Shown piece by piece: positions 51,300 to 62,176 of a stretch of 64,000 bases of DNA. Each line of letters starts with the position of its first letter. Positions within the stretch are counted from its first letter, which is position 1. This DNA comes from a virus (lineage: Duplodnaviria; Caudoviricetes), in IMG/VR virus record IMGVR_UViG_3300027374_000478, positions 1-64,000 of that record; one strand, written 5' to 3'. The position numbers were made by a program, and so were the translations under genes. The notes below the pieces were generated by a model. The model was given only the letters and a program-made list of their open reading frames with translations, did no database searches and was not told the DNA's origin.

Positions 51300-52307
51300 T
51301 TACAAAATCGCTTTGGGGGAACTTTTTTTAGAAAAATTGATACTATACACGCAAATTTCTCCTTTTTTATCCTCGTATAAAAAAGTATTAATTTTATCAT
51401 ATTGATTCAATATGTTGGTTAATATTTCATTCTTGTAATTAAATAAAATATAAAATAATAAATTTTTAATTGATGAATTCTCCACATTATCTAAACGTTG
51501 TAGTAAACGATACATTGTATGGGAATTAATTTTCATTCGATCAATCTCATATAATAATTCCATTTTTGCACGATTTCTGTAATAATATTGATATTCATAA
51601 AAAGATGGATTATATGATATCATTTTTATATAATCAGATGTTTCATTTGCCAGACGAATTATTTTAACAACTTGTTTTTTGTTAACTAAATTTTTATCGA
51701 ATTCTTTTGGTTTAAAGATATCTGCTAATGGGATGAAATTACTTCCCATAGATTTTTTTGATCGTTTTTTGGCAATACAATTATGAAGATAGTCCATGCT
51801 GGTATTATATTTTTGATAATCTTTTCGATTAACATTTTTATAATTCTTAGTATCTGCAATAAACCCCAAGAAATATGGAGTCCGCTTTCTCCCATCAGGT
51901 GTAGTCAATAAGTTCTCATATTTCTTTCTCATCCGTTTCAGTTCTTTTGTAGTATCTACAGGATATTCCTTTTTTGCTTTATCTATTTCAATATTACTCA
52001 TAACATCCAACTGACATACATCATAATATATTTCTTTGATATCATCATATTGTTCTTGTACGGATTGTCCAGATTTTGACACTATATCCCATAGCAATGA
52101 ATTAAGTTCTTGTGATAGATTTACGATTTCACCAATTTTATTATTACTTGTTTTATCATCTAAGTCAGCCAAATCAGTAGGAGTATAATGCCTTTTTGAT
52201 TTTGGAGGATTTATATTGCGTGTTGGAACCTTGAATATATGGTAATTCTTTTTCGCTGAATCAATCAATATCTTATTATCTGTAATAAGCAAAGTATCGC
52301 TGTCAAA
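51300..52307 (-). CDS. YonO-like single-subunit RNA polymerase, exon 2
   Basis: Begins FDSDTLLITDN after terminal G 52308; IGEIVNLSQ, EIDKAKK motifs. Confidence 0.85.
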   Translation of the reverse strand, partial: FDSDTLLITDNKILIDSAKKNYHIFKVPTRNINPPKSKRHYTPTDLADLDDKTSNNKIGEIVNLSQELNSLLWDIVSKSGQSVQEQYDDIKEIYYDVCQLDVMSNIEIDKAKKEYPVDTTKELKRMRKKYENLLTTPDGRKRTPYFLGFIADTKNYKNVNRKDYQKYNTSMDYLHNCIAKKRSKKSMGSNFIPLADIFKPKEFDKNLVNKKQVVKIIRLANETSDYIKMISYNPSFYEYQYYYRNRAKMELLYEIDRMKINSHTMYRLLQRLDNVENSSIKNLLFYILFNYKNEILTNILNQYDKINTFLYEDKKGEICVYSINFSKKSSPKAIL

Positions 52308-53336
52308 CCTTTGTACCCTCGGTTTCCCGATATTTATTAGGGGAGTAGACTATCTCTTCATCCTCTAAAAGAGGAGGTTGGCACTTCCCAATAAGCATTT
52401 CATCTTATCAGTAAAGATTTCATAGACTGTTCTAGTCAGTATATCCTAGTCGTTACACCTTCAAACACATCCCTGTGTAAGCTTGGCACGGTATCTTCAT
52501 ATGGTTTATTGAAATTTAGGCTATTTTCTTATAAAAATGTTTTAAGTATTTCTTATTTTTATTAGATGCAATAATAATATTGCTCCTAATTGAATCTATA
52601 TTAGCTTTTGTAAAATTATTATCTATTAAATATTCTGCACAAGCACCAATCCATCCAAATGTATCAATGTAATTCATTTCTTCATCGTATAATTCTATTT
52701 TTACAGCACGACCATTTTGTTGTGCAGGTCTACTTAATTTTTCTTTTGCTATATTTGGATTATTTTTGTAAAATTCAGATAATGAATGGTTTCCATAATT
52801 AGGATTATTCCTACCATTAAAATCACGTTGTTTATATCTTCCGTTATTTGAACTGTGTTGGATATTTTCCTGATGTGTGCACCATTCTAAATTATCAACT
52901 CGATTATTTTTTCTATTAAAATCAATATGATTGACCTCTGATTTATTTTCTGGATTTGGTATATAATGTCTTGCTACGAGAATATGTATACCTAAAGTTT
53001 TATTATTACCATTTTTACTTAACGTTACAGTATGATATCCATCAGAATTTATTTTAGGGGTTTTAATTATGCCTTTTCTAAACTGAGAAATGCCATCCTT
53101 CCTAGTAATTATTCTGTCCATACTTTTAACTCTACCTAAATTACTTACTTGATACAAACCTTCATAATCTTTAATATTTTGCCAAATTTCTGTTACTATA
53201 ATATACTCCTCCGTATTATAAACCACTTAGATTTTTACCGTTAGCAGATAAGAGCCTACCTTATCCACACCTTATATTTATAAGTTCACCAACTTTATTT
53301 TGAGGATGTTACCATCCAAAGCAGACTATATGGTTA
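52308..53336 (-). mobile_element. Group I intron (1029 nt) with homing endonuclease in the RNAP catalytic motif
   Basis: P1 GCAGAU/GUCUGC; R GUGUAACGACUA 52447-52458; S AAGAGAUAGUC 52348-52358; removal gives SGAD|FDSD. Confidence 0.92.
52516..53226 (-). CDS. NUMOD4-HNH homing endonuclease (intron-encoded)
   Basis: EIW..IKDYEGLYQVSNLGRVKS; VNHID..RKNNRVDNLEWCT..EN..H. Confidence 0.92.
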   Translation of the reverse strand: MVYNTEEYIIVTEIWQNIKDYEGLYQVSNLGRVKSMDRIITRKDGISQFRKGIIKTPKINSDGYHTVTLSKNGNNKTLGIHILVARHYIPNPENKSEVNHIDFNRKNNRVDNLEWCTHQENIQHSSNNGRYKQRDFNGRNNPNYGNHSLSEFYKNNPNIAKEKLSRPAQQNGRAVKIELYDEEMNYIDTFGWIGACAEYLIDNNFTKANIDSIRSNIIIASNKNKKYLKHFYKKIA

Positions 53337-55175
53337 ATCTGCACCACTTAATCTTTCTAATATATTTTCTCCAATACTGTTAATACAAATGATATTTGTT
53401 GTAAGATTAAAATATCTATCGATAATTTCACAAGCAACATTTTTGGTTATCAGGATATTCCCAATTGTGACATGTGGACTCCTGCTTCCCAGAATTTCAT
53501 ATCCATAAGGATATCTTGTACTATGTACTGTTCCAGATATAAGAATGGATGAACCATCAAATTTTCCTATTGACTGTAATAACATTTCATATGGATTTCC
53601 AAATAAGGTTGCATAAGTTCCGTTGAGAAGAATGTGTCCTTTTCTCATATTTTTTAAATATGAACGGCATAAATCCTTTTTAAACTCATAATAAATACGT
53701 GTTTTATGAAAATCACAGTTATAATTCAGCAACTTATATACAATCTCATTTTTATTCTTCATGATATTATTATCTTCAAATTCAATCCTATCTTCTGTAT
53801 CACTGAATTTTAAATGATATCTCATCACATCCACGTCAGTATTGATTAAATTAATATATTCCAACCCATCTTTGGTTATATGCTTAATTTCATTCTGTGA
53901 TAACTGTAAAGTATTCAGAAGCTGGTAATGAGCCTGAACCATCCGCCCACCAAAATAATGTGTATCCTTGTCATGCTTCACAATACCGAAAAATGGATAG
54001 ATATTTTCCAACCATGTTTTTAGATTTCCAAATTTATAAAACTTAATACTGGATGGAGTAGTAATAAGTTTTATGTCTTTTATATCCTGTGCTATTGTTT
54101 CACCATTTAGCTGTGAAATATCAGTTATATTGTTATCTTCAAAAAACTTTTGAATATTAGTATTAAAACAACATGACTTAAAAAACTTATTTCTCAATAA
54201 CAGCATTCCTTTTGACAGATATTTTCCCATCAATGAAAAATCAATCAAAGATTGCCCGTCCCAAATGGAATTAGAAATCTCCATCTGCTTTTCTTCTGTC
54301 TTAAGCCATCCATCCCCACCTAAGTCAGTACATACAGCATTATCACAGAATGTACTTGTCCAATCATCAATAACAAGTATATTTTCTGGACGGATTTCAA
54401 GTGTATCTATAATACTGCTTGTGGGCAATGATATATATGCCTCAAATGCAGCAATATCTAATTCGTCACCTGTTTTTATATTTAATCCACATTGTTCAGA
54501 GAGATGCATATCAGAATATAGGCGTTTATCAATAAAAAGACATTTTCCAACTCTTGCTGATCCACTAGACCTTTTAAATCTGCAATAATGAATGCCATTA
54601 CATATAAATCCGTTTTCATAACACCATTCTCTCAGCCATTTTGCAGATTTCACGGTTTTTATTGTCTTTATTAACAAATAAGTATATGTCATTTTTTTCT
54701 CATCATAAGTACAGGTAAAATAAGATGGCAGAAGAGTAGTGTCTATAGAGTTATAAAAGGGTTCATCTACTTTCAGTGCTACCAAAATTTTATTACCCTC
54801 ATTATCTGTATCAATTGCATATCCGTCAATCAAATCATAGTCCCTTAAATTATAACCGTTTCTAACATAAGTATTTTTTGCAGTCTTATTAAACTCTTTG
54901 ACGGCGTATTTAAAAGTCACGTTTATAACTTTTGATGAATATTTTTTTCCTTTATGCTCAAATGACAAAGAATCTTTTTTGCCATATACTTTTCTTGCCA
55001 CATCTCGCAATTCTATTAAGTCTAAACTGTAGTCAAAGCTATTGATGTATTTTCCCAAATTATCAGTACCATCCTTACGGGTAAGTTTATACCCATAAGG
55101 AGTGCTTTTGATAAAATTATTTGATAAGTACAAATCCTTGGCATCAATTGATGGGATATATAAATTATTTCTCAT
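53337..55175 (-). CDS. YonO-like single-subunit RNA polymerase, exon 1
   Basis: RSSGSARVGKCLF, WDGQSL, LRNKFFKS, RSPH, ERLSGAD; spliced product 948 aa. Confidence 0.85.
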
Positions 55176-57046
55176 TACTGACGCACCTCCATTACACGAT
55201 ATCCATATTGTTCCATATTTTTCATAACCAGTTTCATTTTATTAACTAAAGCATTACGCAATCTCTTGTCAGAAGACAGATACCCTTCTGATAAATCAAT
55301 ATGTTCTTTTGTCATGTGCCACTCAGAAGGATTAATATATACTTGATCTATTTCCAGGTGTAGAACGCCAATACAATTAAAAATTAACGATGCTTTCCAA
55401 AAACCATTTTTACAATTATTTATCTGAGACACTAAATCAATGACCGTATTGAATCTTTCTATGAAGTTATCAATTTCTCGCTTCGCAGATTCTATTACAC
55501 ATAAAAACTTATCTTTTTCAAGCGTGAGTTTTTCAGTATAAATGATTCCGTTATAAATTTCCAAATCAAAATATATGCCAGATTCCTGATCCTTATTGCA
55601 TTTTTTCTTATATCCAACATGGACTTTAGCATCAACATTTTTATAATTCCGCAAATCAGAAATAAGTGCCTGTGTTTCTTTGCTCTTTATATAATTCTCT
55701 AAAAAGTCCTTCTCAGCCCTATCCTTTAATTCATGCTGGATTTCCTGAGACAATAAATCAATACTCAGTTTTTCGATATGTCGTCCTTCTAAAATTGATT
55801 CAAGCTTATTCATCTCTGTTGTCTTTAAAACAGTATAGCGATTATTATTAAATCTAACTTTATATCCATTTTTCTCAAATTTTGATAATTCTTTCTCATA
55901 ATCCGTTAGCTGTTCTTTGTATTCAACAGTCTTGTTAAATATATCTTTCAGTTCTGAAAGTTTATTTTTGGGTATTTCTATCTCTTCAACACTAAATATA
56001 TTTCTTTTGAAAATTATCTTAGGATATCCAGTAGACTTTTCAAAATCCCATCCATTATGTTTGCATCTCAAATAAAAATCATTATATATAATATGCTCTG
56101 TCTGTATATTCAGCCTGATACCAATTTCATATGTTCTTCCTTTGTAATTTCTTACATCAAAATAGACATTTTCATCAAATGGAATACCAATGGAATTCCT
56201 GATATTACCTATCACTTTTTTATTAATTGTGTCCAATACATCTTTCTTTAAATGAGACACACATTGCTTTCTTTTTATAATTTCAAAGCATGAAACCATA
56301 TCTTCATATGGCATAGTGTCAATACATTTTAAAATATCTTCTTTTGAACTATTTTCAATAATTTTTTGCCAGAACCAGTCTAATTTTTCTATCCTTGCTT
56401 TATAATCAAGAACTTTTTGTCTTGTTAGTTCATTCTTTATCTTTGCAATTGTTGTGGCATATAAGTCTCTTTTAATATATGTCTTGGAATAACAAATGCC
56501 ATCATGGTACAAGTATGTAAATTTTGGGATGATACTTATGTCAGTTTTACACATATATTCTTTAACATTGACTTCCACGACAGAATTTCCAAGAGCGTCC
56601 CACTTACAAAAATAATCATCTCCTGTTTTCCTGTTGGTGAAAAATATTTCAAAATAAATTGTTTCACCAGACGATGTATATACTGTAATATCTGGTATAT
56701 ATTTTCCAAAAGGAGTATCCCATGCTGTCTCAATATTTATAGAATCTACTTCAAATATATCATCATCTATATAAAATTTACTTCCCTTTTCAAATAACCA
56801 ATTTTTACAGAAGAAATGTAATTGACTTTCTTTTGTGCATTTTCCCGTAATATGATAATAATGCGATTGCTCCTTGGTACTATCTAGCGCCCTTGGTTTT
56901 ACAATTCCACCACAACACGGACAATAATACTCTTTGTCGTGCTTTGCTTTTTTTACATGAATAAGATTGGCAAATTCATCGTTACTATCATAAGCAACGA
57001 TCAGTTGCGGCAAATATTCAAAAATATCCATATAGTTCCTCCTCAT
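55175..57046 (-). CDS. CoiA-like Zn-finger / PD-(D/E)xK nuclease-domain protein
   Basis: YYCPCCG..H..H, ES.LH...K, PDI...FEI. Confidence 0.6.
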   Translation of the reverse strand: MRRNYMDIFEYLPQLIVAYDSNDEFANLIHVKKAKHDKEYYCPCCGGIVKPRALDSTKEQSHYYHITGKCTKESQLHFFCKNWLFEKGSKFYIDDDIFEVDSINIETAWDTPFGKYIPDITVYTSSGETIYFEIFFTNRKTGDDYFCKWDALGNSVVEVNVKEYMCKTDISIIPKFTYLYHDGICYSKTYIKRDLYATTIAKIKNELTRQKVLDYKARIEKLDWFWQKIIENSSKEDILKCIDTMPYEDMVSCFEIIKRKQCVSHLKKDVLDTINKKVIGNIRNSIGIPFDENVYFDVRNYKGRTYEIGIRLNIQTEHIIYNDFYLRCKHNGWDFEKSTGYPKIIFKRNIFSVEEIEIPKNKLSELKDIFNKTVEYKEQLTDYEKELSKFEKNGYKVRFNNNRYTVLKTTEMNKLESILEGRHIEKLSIDLLSQEIQHELKDRAEKDFLENYIKSKETQALISDLRNYKNVDAKVHVGYKKKCNKDQESGIYFDLEIYNGIIYTEKLTLEKDKFLCVIESAKREIDNFIERFNTVIDLVSQINNCKNGFWKASLIFNCIGVLHLEIDQVYINPSEWHMTKEHIDLSEGYLSSDKRLRNALVNKMKLVMKNMEQYGYRVMEVRQ

Positions 57047-57101
57047 ATAATAATAAGTTTTTATAGTTATTACTTCTCTATCACGTCAATAAAATTTCTA
57101 T

Positions 57102-57383
57102 TCAATACACAAAATATACAGGAACTTTATCAATTCCTTTAATCTCTGCAATTCGTACAGAAGAATATCCATCTAATAAATTGAAATCTTTGTCCAAAAT
57201 AATTCTGGATTCAAACTCACCAGTACGGTACCAATATTGCATTTTCTTTTTAAACTTTGTTTTACCTATTCTGGTTTTTCTCCAAGCTGGATTAACTTTA
57301 ATTTCTTTTGTATAGACCCAATATTCATATCCAGTTTCATATTCGCCAAATAATTCTTTGATAAATCTAATAAAACTTTTCAT
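57102..57383 (-). CDS. Small ParB-like nuclease-fold protein
   Basis: I.LD....L.DGY....A...G...VPV; GGAGG RBS before MKSFI. Confidence 0.5.
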   Translation of the reverse strand: MKSFIRFIKELFGEYETGYEYWVYTKEIKVNPAWRKTRIGKTKFKKKMQYWYRTGEFESRIILDKDFNLLDGYSSVRIAEIKGIDKVPVYFVY

Positions 57384-57630
57384 ATGTATCCTCCATAGTT
57401 TTAACTTCATATCCCAACCATTCCAACAAGTCTTTCATTCCACATAAACAATCATAATGCCGATATTCCCCATCATCATTGATTAAATATTCTTCGCCTT
57501 CTGAAATCCCTTCACCACAAACAGAGCAGTAGAATATAGATTTTTTGGGAACAAAATTAGGACAGGAAGAATGACATGTATTTTTTAAACATAAATTACA
57601 AATTATGCAGCACCTCCTTGGTATAATCAA
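57367..57630 (-). CDS. Cys-rich zinc-finger protein
   Basis: CNLC..CH..CPN, CSVCGEGI, HYDC. Confidence 0.6.
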   Translation of the reverse strand: MIIPRRCCIICNLCLKNTCHSSCPNFVPKKSIFYCSVCGEGISEGEEYLINDDGEYRHYDCLCGMKDLLEWLGYEVKTMEDTYEKFY

Positions 57631-58037
57631 AAAATTTGTTCATAAACATATCCAGTATCTGATGTATAATATATTTCTTTGATTTCTAAATCTTTTATTG
57701 CCGCCATACAGGAGGGACATGGACGTGACATTCCAAATGGCTGATCTTTCCTGATTCGATATATGTATAACTTGACTTTTGAAAAGTTGACATCCAAATT
57801 CCGAATTGAATTTATACAGCTAATCTCTGCATGTAGTTTTGGCAACATAGTCTCTGACGGTTTGCGGTATTTATTATATTTCTTTTGTATTGGATGGGTT
57901 TTATTGCAATTACACCCAATGCTTATGATATTTCCTTGATACACTGCCACGCATCCGATGTGTATTTTATGAAAATCAGACATGGTGGCAGCTTGTCTTG
58001 CTTTGCAAAAATATTTGTAATCAATTTTCGTTATCAT
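57627..58037 (-). CDS. Zn-dependent nucleoside/nucleotide deaminase family protein
   Basis: LHAE...RPCPSC. Confidence 0.82.
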   Translation of the reverse strand: MITKIDYKYFCKARQAATMSDFHKIHIGCVAVYQGNIISIGCNCNKTHPIQKKYNKYRKPSETMLPKLHAEISCINSIRNLDVNFSKVKLYIYRIRKDQPFGMSRPCPSCMAAIKDLEIKEIYYTSDTGYVYEQIF

Positions 58038-58437
58038 TTATTTTTTCCAATCTTTCACGTTCAAACAGTTCATTACCACGCTCAAAACATACCAGTTCAT
58101 ATTCGTAGCGTTTTACATAACGATCAAAATATTTTTCTCCGTTTTCATTAGCCACATTAGCAGCCTGGTAAACAATTCTACAAATGTTTTCAACAATGGT
58201 TTCCCTAGTTCCTGATATGTATTGTGTGTCAACTTTTTTAGAAGACAACATCATCCGATCCTCCAAATCGGTACGATTTAACCACATAGAAAGAGCATAT
58301 TTACTATTATGTTTGTCAAAATGATATGCACATTCTACAAAGTAGTTTTCATATCCAAAATCGGATAATTCAATTGTAAGTGTGTTGCCTTTGAATTTTG
58401 GTTGCATCAATTCTCTTAAACTTCTTTTCATTAACAT
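58021..58437 (-). CDS. Hypothetical protein
   Basis: GGAGG RBS before MLMKRS. Confidence 0.55.
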   Translation of the reverse strand: MLMKRSLRELMQPKFKGNTLTIELSDFGYENYFVECAYHFDKHNSKYALSMWLNRTDLEDRMMLSSKKVDTQYISGTRETIVENICRIVYQAANVANENGEKYFDRYVKRYEYELVCFERGNELFERERLEKINDNEN

Positions 58438-58574
58438 TTTTAAACATCCTCCATATTCTAAATTGTATAGTTGTTTTTTTACACAAAATTTCACGGTCGA
58501 TAATTTTATCAATAAGTGTGTTAAAATTTTCTACGCTAATGTGTATCATTTGATTTCTAGCAAATAAATGTATC

Positions 58575-58934
58575 TCAGTTGTGTTTACTTGCTTGGTATT
58601 TTCTCATGCGTTCACCGGTAGCAATTTTCTGTTCTTCAGATAATTCTCTTTTCTTTGCTCTGAAACTGATCAGAATCTTATCTTCAACACGATATGTCTT
58701 ACCTCTACCCGTATCAGCGATGAGAGAGTACATATCAGGACTTGTCTTGCACAATTTATCTAACTTGGTCATATATGTGGTGTCAGAAATATAGATAGTA
58801 GCAAAATTTTCATCTCTCATAAAATTGATACATACTTCCTGTTCTGAAACGGATACTGAATTGGATAATTTTGGTTCTTCAATAGTTGCTTCTTCTTTTT
58901 TATCAATGTCTGTGTATCCAGATTTATTTGACAT
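58575..58934 (-). CDS. Hypothetical phage protein
   Basis: 119 aa with RBS. Confidence 0.6.
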   Translation of the reverse strand: MSNKSGYTDIDKKEEATIEEPKLSNSVSVSEQEVCINFMRDENFATIYISDTTYMTKLDKLCKTSPDMYSLIADTGRGKTYRVEDKILISFRAKKRELSEEQKIATGERMRKYQASKHN

Positions 58935-58940
58935 CTATAA

Positions 58941-59501
58941 TCACCTCTCTAACCAAACTTCCCAATAACCATCACAATATTTTGTTCTTAAATCGCTAAA
59001 ATGAAATTTCAAAAGTTCCTCAATCTGATATATAAAATAGCAATAATCCCTTTGGTTACTACGAATATTCTTTAATACATCGTTGATAAATGAACAATAT
59101 TCCTGCCAATTTGTCTTTCCGTGATATATACCTTGTGTTTCTTCATTCCACATTCCTGATTCTTTTGAATATTGTCCTGTTAGTTTTGTAATATTTTTGT
59201 CATATGGCTTAATGAATGTTTTTCGTACATTAAATTCTTTTTGCCATTTTTCATCTGTAAGAGTGGAAGATGGTCTTCCATTTGTATTTGAGACAATTCG
59301 CATCTCTCTAAGTTCTTCTAAAGTCATATGTTTATATCTTTGCCGTTCCTTTCGTCGATTAGATTCTTTAACATCTTTTATCTGATTACTAATTCTATTT
59401 TTGTTTGGAAAATTAGTATTAAAGTCTTCAAGATCAACTTTTCCTCCAAATTTTGTGTGATCTACTTCATAAATTCCATATCTGTTAGTTGTCTGTGTCA
59501 T
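58941..59501 (-). CDS. Hypothetical phage protein
   Basis: 186 aa, AAGGAG RBS. Confidence 0.6.
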   Translation of the reverse strand: MTQTTNRYGIYEVDHTKFGGKVDLEDFNTNFPNKNRISNQIKDVKESNRRKERQRYKHMTLEELREMRIVSNTNGRPSSTLTDEKWQKEFNVRKTFIKPYDKNITKLTGQYSKESGMWNEETQGIYHGKTNWQEYCSFINDVLKNIRSNQRDYCYFIYQIEELLKFHFSDLRTKYCDGYWEVWLER

Positions 59502-59660
59502 TAGTTACTGTATTTTCTCCTTTTCTGTTTGATAAAATTTTTGATGTTACATTTGTTTTAGTTGTTGTCATAGTCTTTATTTCTCCTTTTGATGATAGAG
59601 TAGTAGTGGTGATGAGGGATATTGATTCATGCTTACAATGCTTATTTCTATGTTGCAGAA

Positions 59661-60515
59661 TTAGTCTTGGTAAAATTTTTTACTTACATAATTTTGAGTT
59701 CTCAAAAATAAAATTCCATATTCCAATTCCTTCTCATAGTTATATTCTTCTTTTGTACATTGAATTATTTGATTATTTCTCCATATATACCGATAAGGAC
59801 AGATATAAATAATATCATCAGTGTGCCAATTATCATTAGAATCTTTATATCTTGGCATCCTATGGGTTTTTATTAAACCAAGTTGTTCTAATACTTCTGT
59901 CGCTTTTGCAATCATTTTTCTATCACTACCTATAAAAGCAGCTATAGACTGAAACTGTGAATAAAATATTTCTGGTTTATTCTTCTTAGATTTTTCAGAA
60001 TGTCCAGATGATTCATTCGTTCTGATCCAAGTAAATGCCTTGATATAAGCTAATAGAAGAAATAATATACTTTTGTTAAGAGGCTTATATGGTGATTGAT
60101 ACTTATTTATTGACTCTACTTCAAAATCATATAAAATACCAAAATTGTTTTTTGGATTCATTTTTTCCATATTAATCAATGATGACTGAAAGGTATTCTG
60201 TATATATTTCTCTTTATCAAAATCAATGATGTATCCATTTTTAAAGAACCAATCCATGCAATCTCTAAACTTGGTAAAAATATTTTTTTCAGTACCCCTA
60301 TGCCAGTTTGGTTTATACTTACACCACTGGATCATATAAATTGGAGAGTAGTGAACAACGTTTTCCCATGTTTGGTTATAATTTAAATAGAGCAAAGCCG
60401 ATAATCTGTGTTCTGGTAAAGTATTTGCCAAAATTACTTCTTTTGGAATCTTTACAAAACGATTTACTGTATCTGGTAATTCTAATGTAGCTGTTGGTGA
60501 TTTATTATTCTCTAT
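59661..60515 (-). CDS. Putative winged-helix DNA-binding / replication initiator-like protein
   Basis: Frame extends to ATA 60515 behind AAGGAGG (RFVKIPKEVI); C-terminal IAAFIG.....IAKA...L..LGLI. Confidence 0.45.
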   Translation of the reverse strand: MENNKSPTATLELPDTVNRFVKIPKEVILANTLPEHRLSALLYLNYNQTWENVVHYSPIYMIQWCKYKPNWHRGTEKNIFTKFRDCMDWFFKNGYIIDFDKEKYIQNTFQSSLINMEKMNPKNNFGILYDFEVESINKYQSPYKPLNKSILFLLLAYIKAFTWIRTNESSGHSEKSKKNKPEIFYSQFQSIAAFIGSDRKMIAKATEVLEQLGLIKTHRMPRYKDSNDNWHTDDIIYICPYRYIWRNNQIIQCTKEEYNYEKELEYGILFLRTQNYVSKKFYQD

Positions 60516-60534
60516 GTAAAAAACGCCTCCTTTC

Positions 60535-61386
60535 TTATACCCACTTAGTTTTCTGTTTTTTTACACAATCATATTCTGTTTGTAATATTTGTTTTCTCTC
60601 TTCGTATGAGTAAATTTCCTGAGAAATAATTAACTGTGTATCATATCGTTCTAATCTTTCTACATCATCTAATTGATCTTCAGAAAAATAATTTCGTATC
60701 TGTTCATTAGAAGATATATTATGTTCTTTGCGATATTGAGTAGCCGACATTCCAAGTATTACAGTATTTAGTAATGAAAACTCAATAGAGTATAAATTGC
60801 CATTAGTAATCCATTCAGGAACGCCATTAAGTAATTCTTCTCTTTTTGTAATCAATGCACCACGCAATTCTTTGCAGTTAATGAGAGTGTTCTTACGATT
60901 TTGATTCCAATTGGTACGATTTTTAAATGCTTTCTCTATAATGATGAAATATCTTCTGACCAAAGCACCAATATCTGTACGCTCTACCATGGCTAACTGT
61001 TTAGCGCAATCAAGAGTAAGATTATAGTCCAGAGTCTCTTTTGGGTGTAAACTGCTATTTTTTACGGTTTCGTACTTTCTGGAAACCGTAAAATAATCAA
61101 TCTCTTTTATCAACTGGTAAGAATTGATACGATTTTCAATCCAATCTGTAAATTTCCAACCATTATTTAATTGTTTATGTAAGTCTCTGGCATTAATCTT
61201 TGAGTCATTTCTATCAGACTGTAAAATGGGCAAATGTGCCTGATATTCAATGATTGTAGAGATTTCTTCATCTGACAATCCATATTGTTTTAATTCTTCC
61301 TTAGTAAATTTTCCATCTTTAAATGAATCACTTTCATATACTTTTTCTTTTCTTGGTTTTGTGGCATTTTTATTTGTAATTCGCAT
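60535..61386 (-). CDS. AntA/AntB-family antirepressor
   Basis: INARDLH..L....FTDWI..RI...DY.LTLD.AK.LAMVE....G...RRYFI. Confidence 0.85.
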   Translation of the reverse strand: MRITNKNATKPRKEKVYESDSFKDGKFTKEELKQYGLSDEEISTIIEYQAHLPILQSDRNDSKINARDLHKQLNNGWKFTDWIENRINSYQLIKEIDYFTVSRKYETVKNSSLHPKETLDYNLTLDCAKQLAMVERTDIGALVRRYFIIIEKAFKNRTNWNQNRKNTLINCKELRGALITKREELLNGVPEWITNGNLYSIEFSLLNTVILGMSATQYRKEHNISSNEQIRNYFSEDQLDDVERLERYDTQLIISQEIYSYEERKQILQTEYDCVKKQKTKWV

Positions 61387-61675
61387 AGTTTTCTTCCTTT
61401 CATTTTCTGTAATTTCTAAGGTATATCACATCACAGTGTGATATACTTGAAGAAAAAATGGCAAAGTATGTCACGCCACAGTGTGCAGAATCAGCCGTCT
61501 TTTTATAAATAAAGACTGATTATATAAATAAAGACTACTATCGTAATGAATGATTCATATACATTCATAATCCATTACTCTTTTAAAAACTTTTTGATTG
61601 TTGATGGTTAATGCTATAAGTGTAGAACTGATATAAAATATATTTCTCTTTCTGAAATCACTGTTTATTGGTATT

Positions 61676-62176
61676 ATGGTTGCAATTATTACTGGAATAA
61701 CTTCAATTGCTATTTCTATAATTGCTTTGCGACAAAATTCAAAAATGGTTAAAGAAAGCAATAAGGCTCAAATTGAAATATTTCCTTATAAAGTGTATGG
61801 TGATATATATCCTAAAATCCGGATTCAAAACTTTGGTTAAACAACAGGAATTATAATTAATGTAAAAACTATTCCTGAAATGCCAGTAGAACAAATGGTT
61901 ATTAATTCATTTGATTTTTATAAGGATTTATCGCTTGCTCCAAACCAATCTTTCACCACAATATTCTGTAAAAAGGATTCAAATGATCCAGATGTTCCTG
62001 TTGAAGTATTTGATGTAATACTTACATATAAAACATTAGATAATATTGTAAAATCTACATTTCATATAAATTACAATTTCTTAAATGGTTACACAGAAAC
62101 TAAATCACCATCCAAAACAACAGAAAGTGCACTTGATAAAATCAATCAAAGTATTCAAGGACTTCAGCAAAAATAG
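61676..62176 (+). pseudogene. Membrane-anchored protein gene with in-frame TAA at 61838-61840
   Basis: Hydrophobic N-terminal frame ...IQNFG*TTGII... continues in frame into ORF 61880..62176. Confidence 0.5.

Noticed and set aside
389-59812. Numerous plus-strand ORFs antisense to long minus-strand genes (e.g. 5435-5845, 11543-12160, 30936-31340)
   Set aside because: Shadow ORFs with Ser/Leu/Phe-rich composition and no RBS
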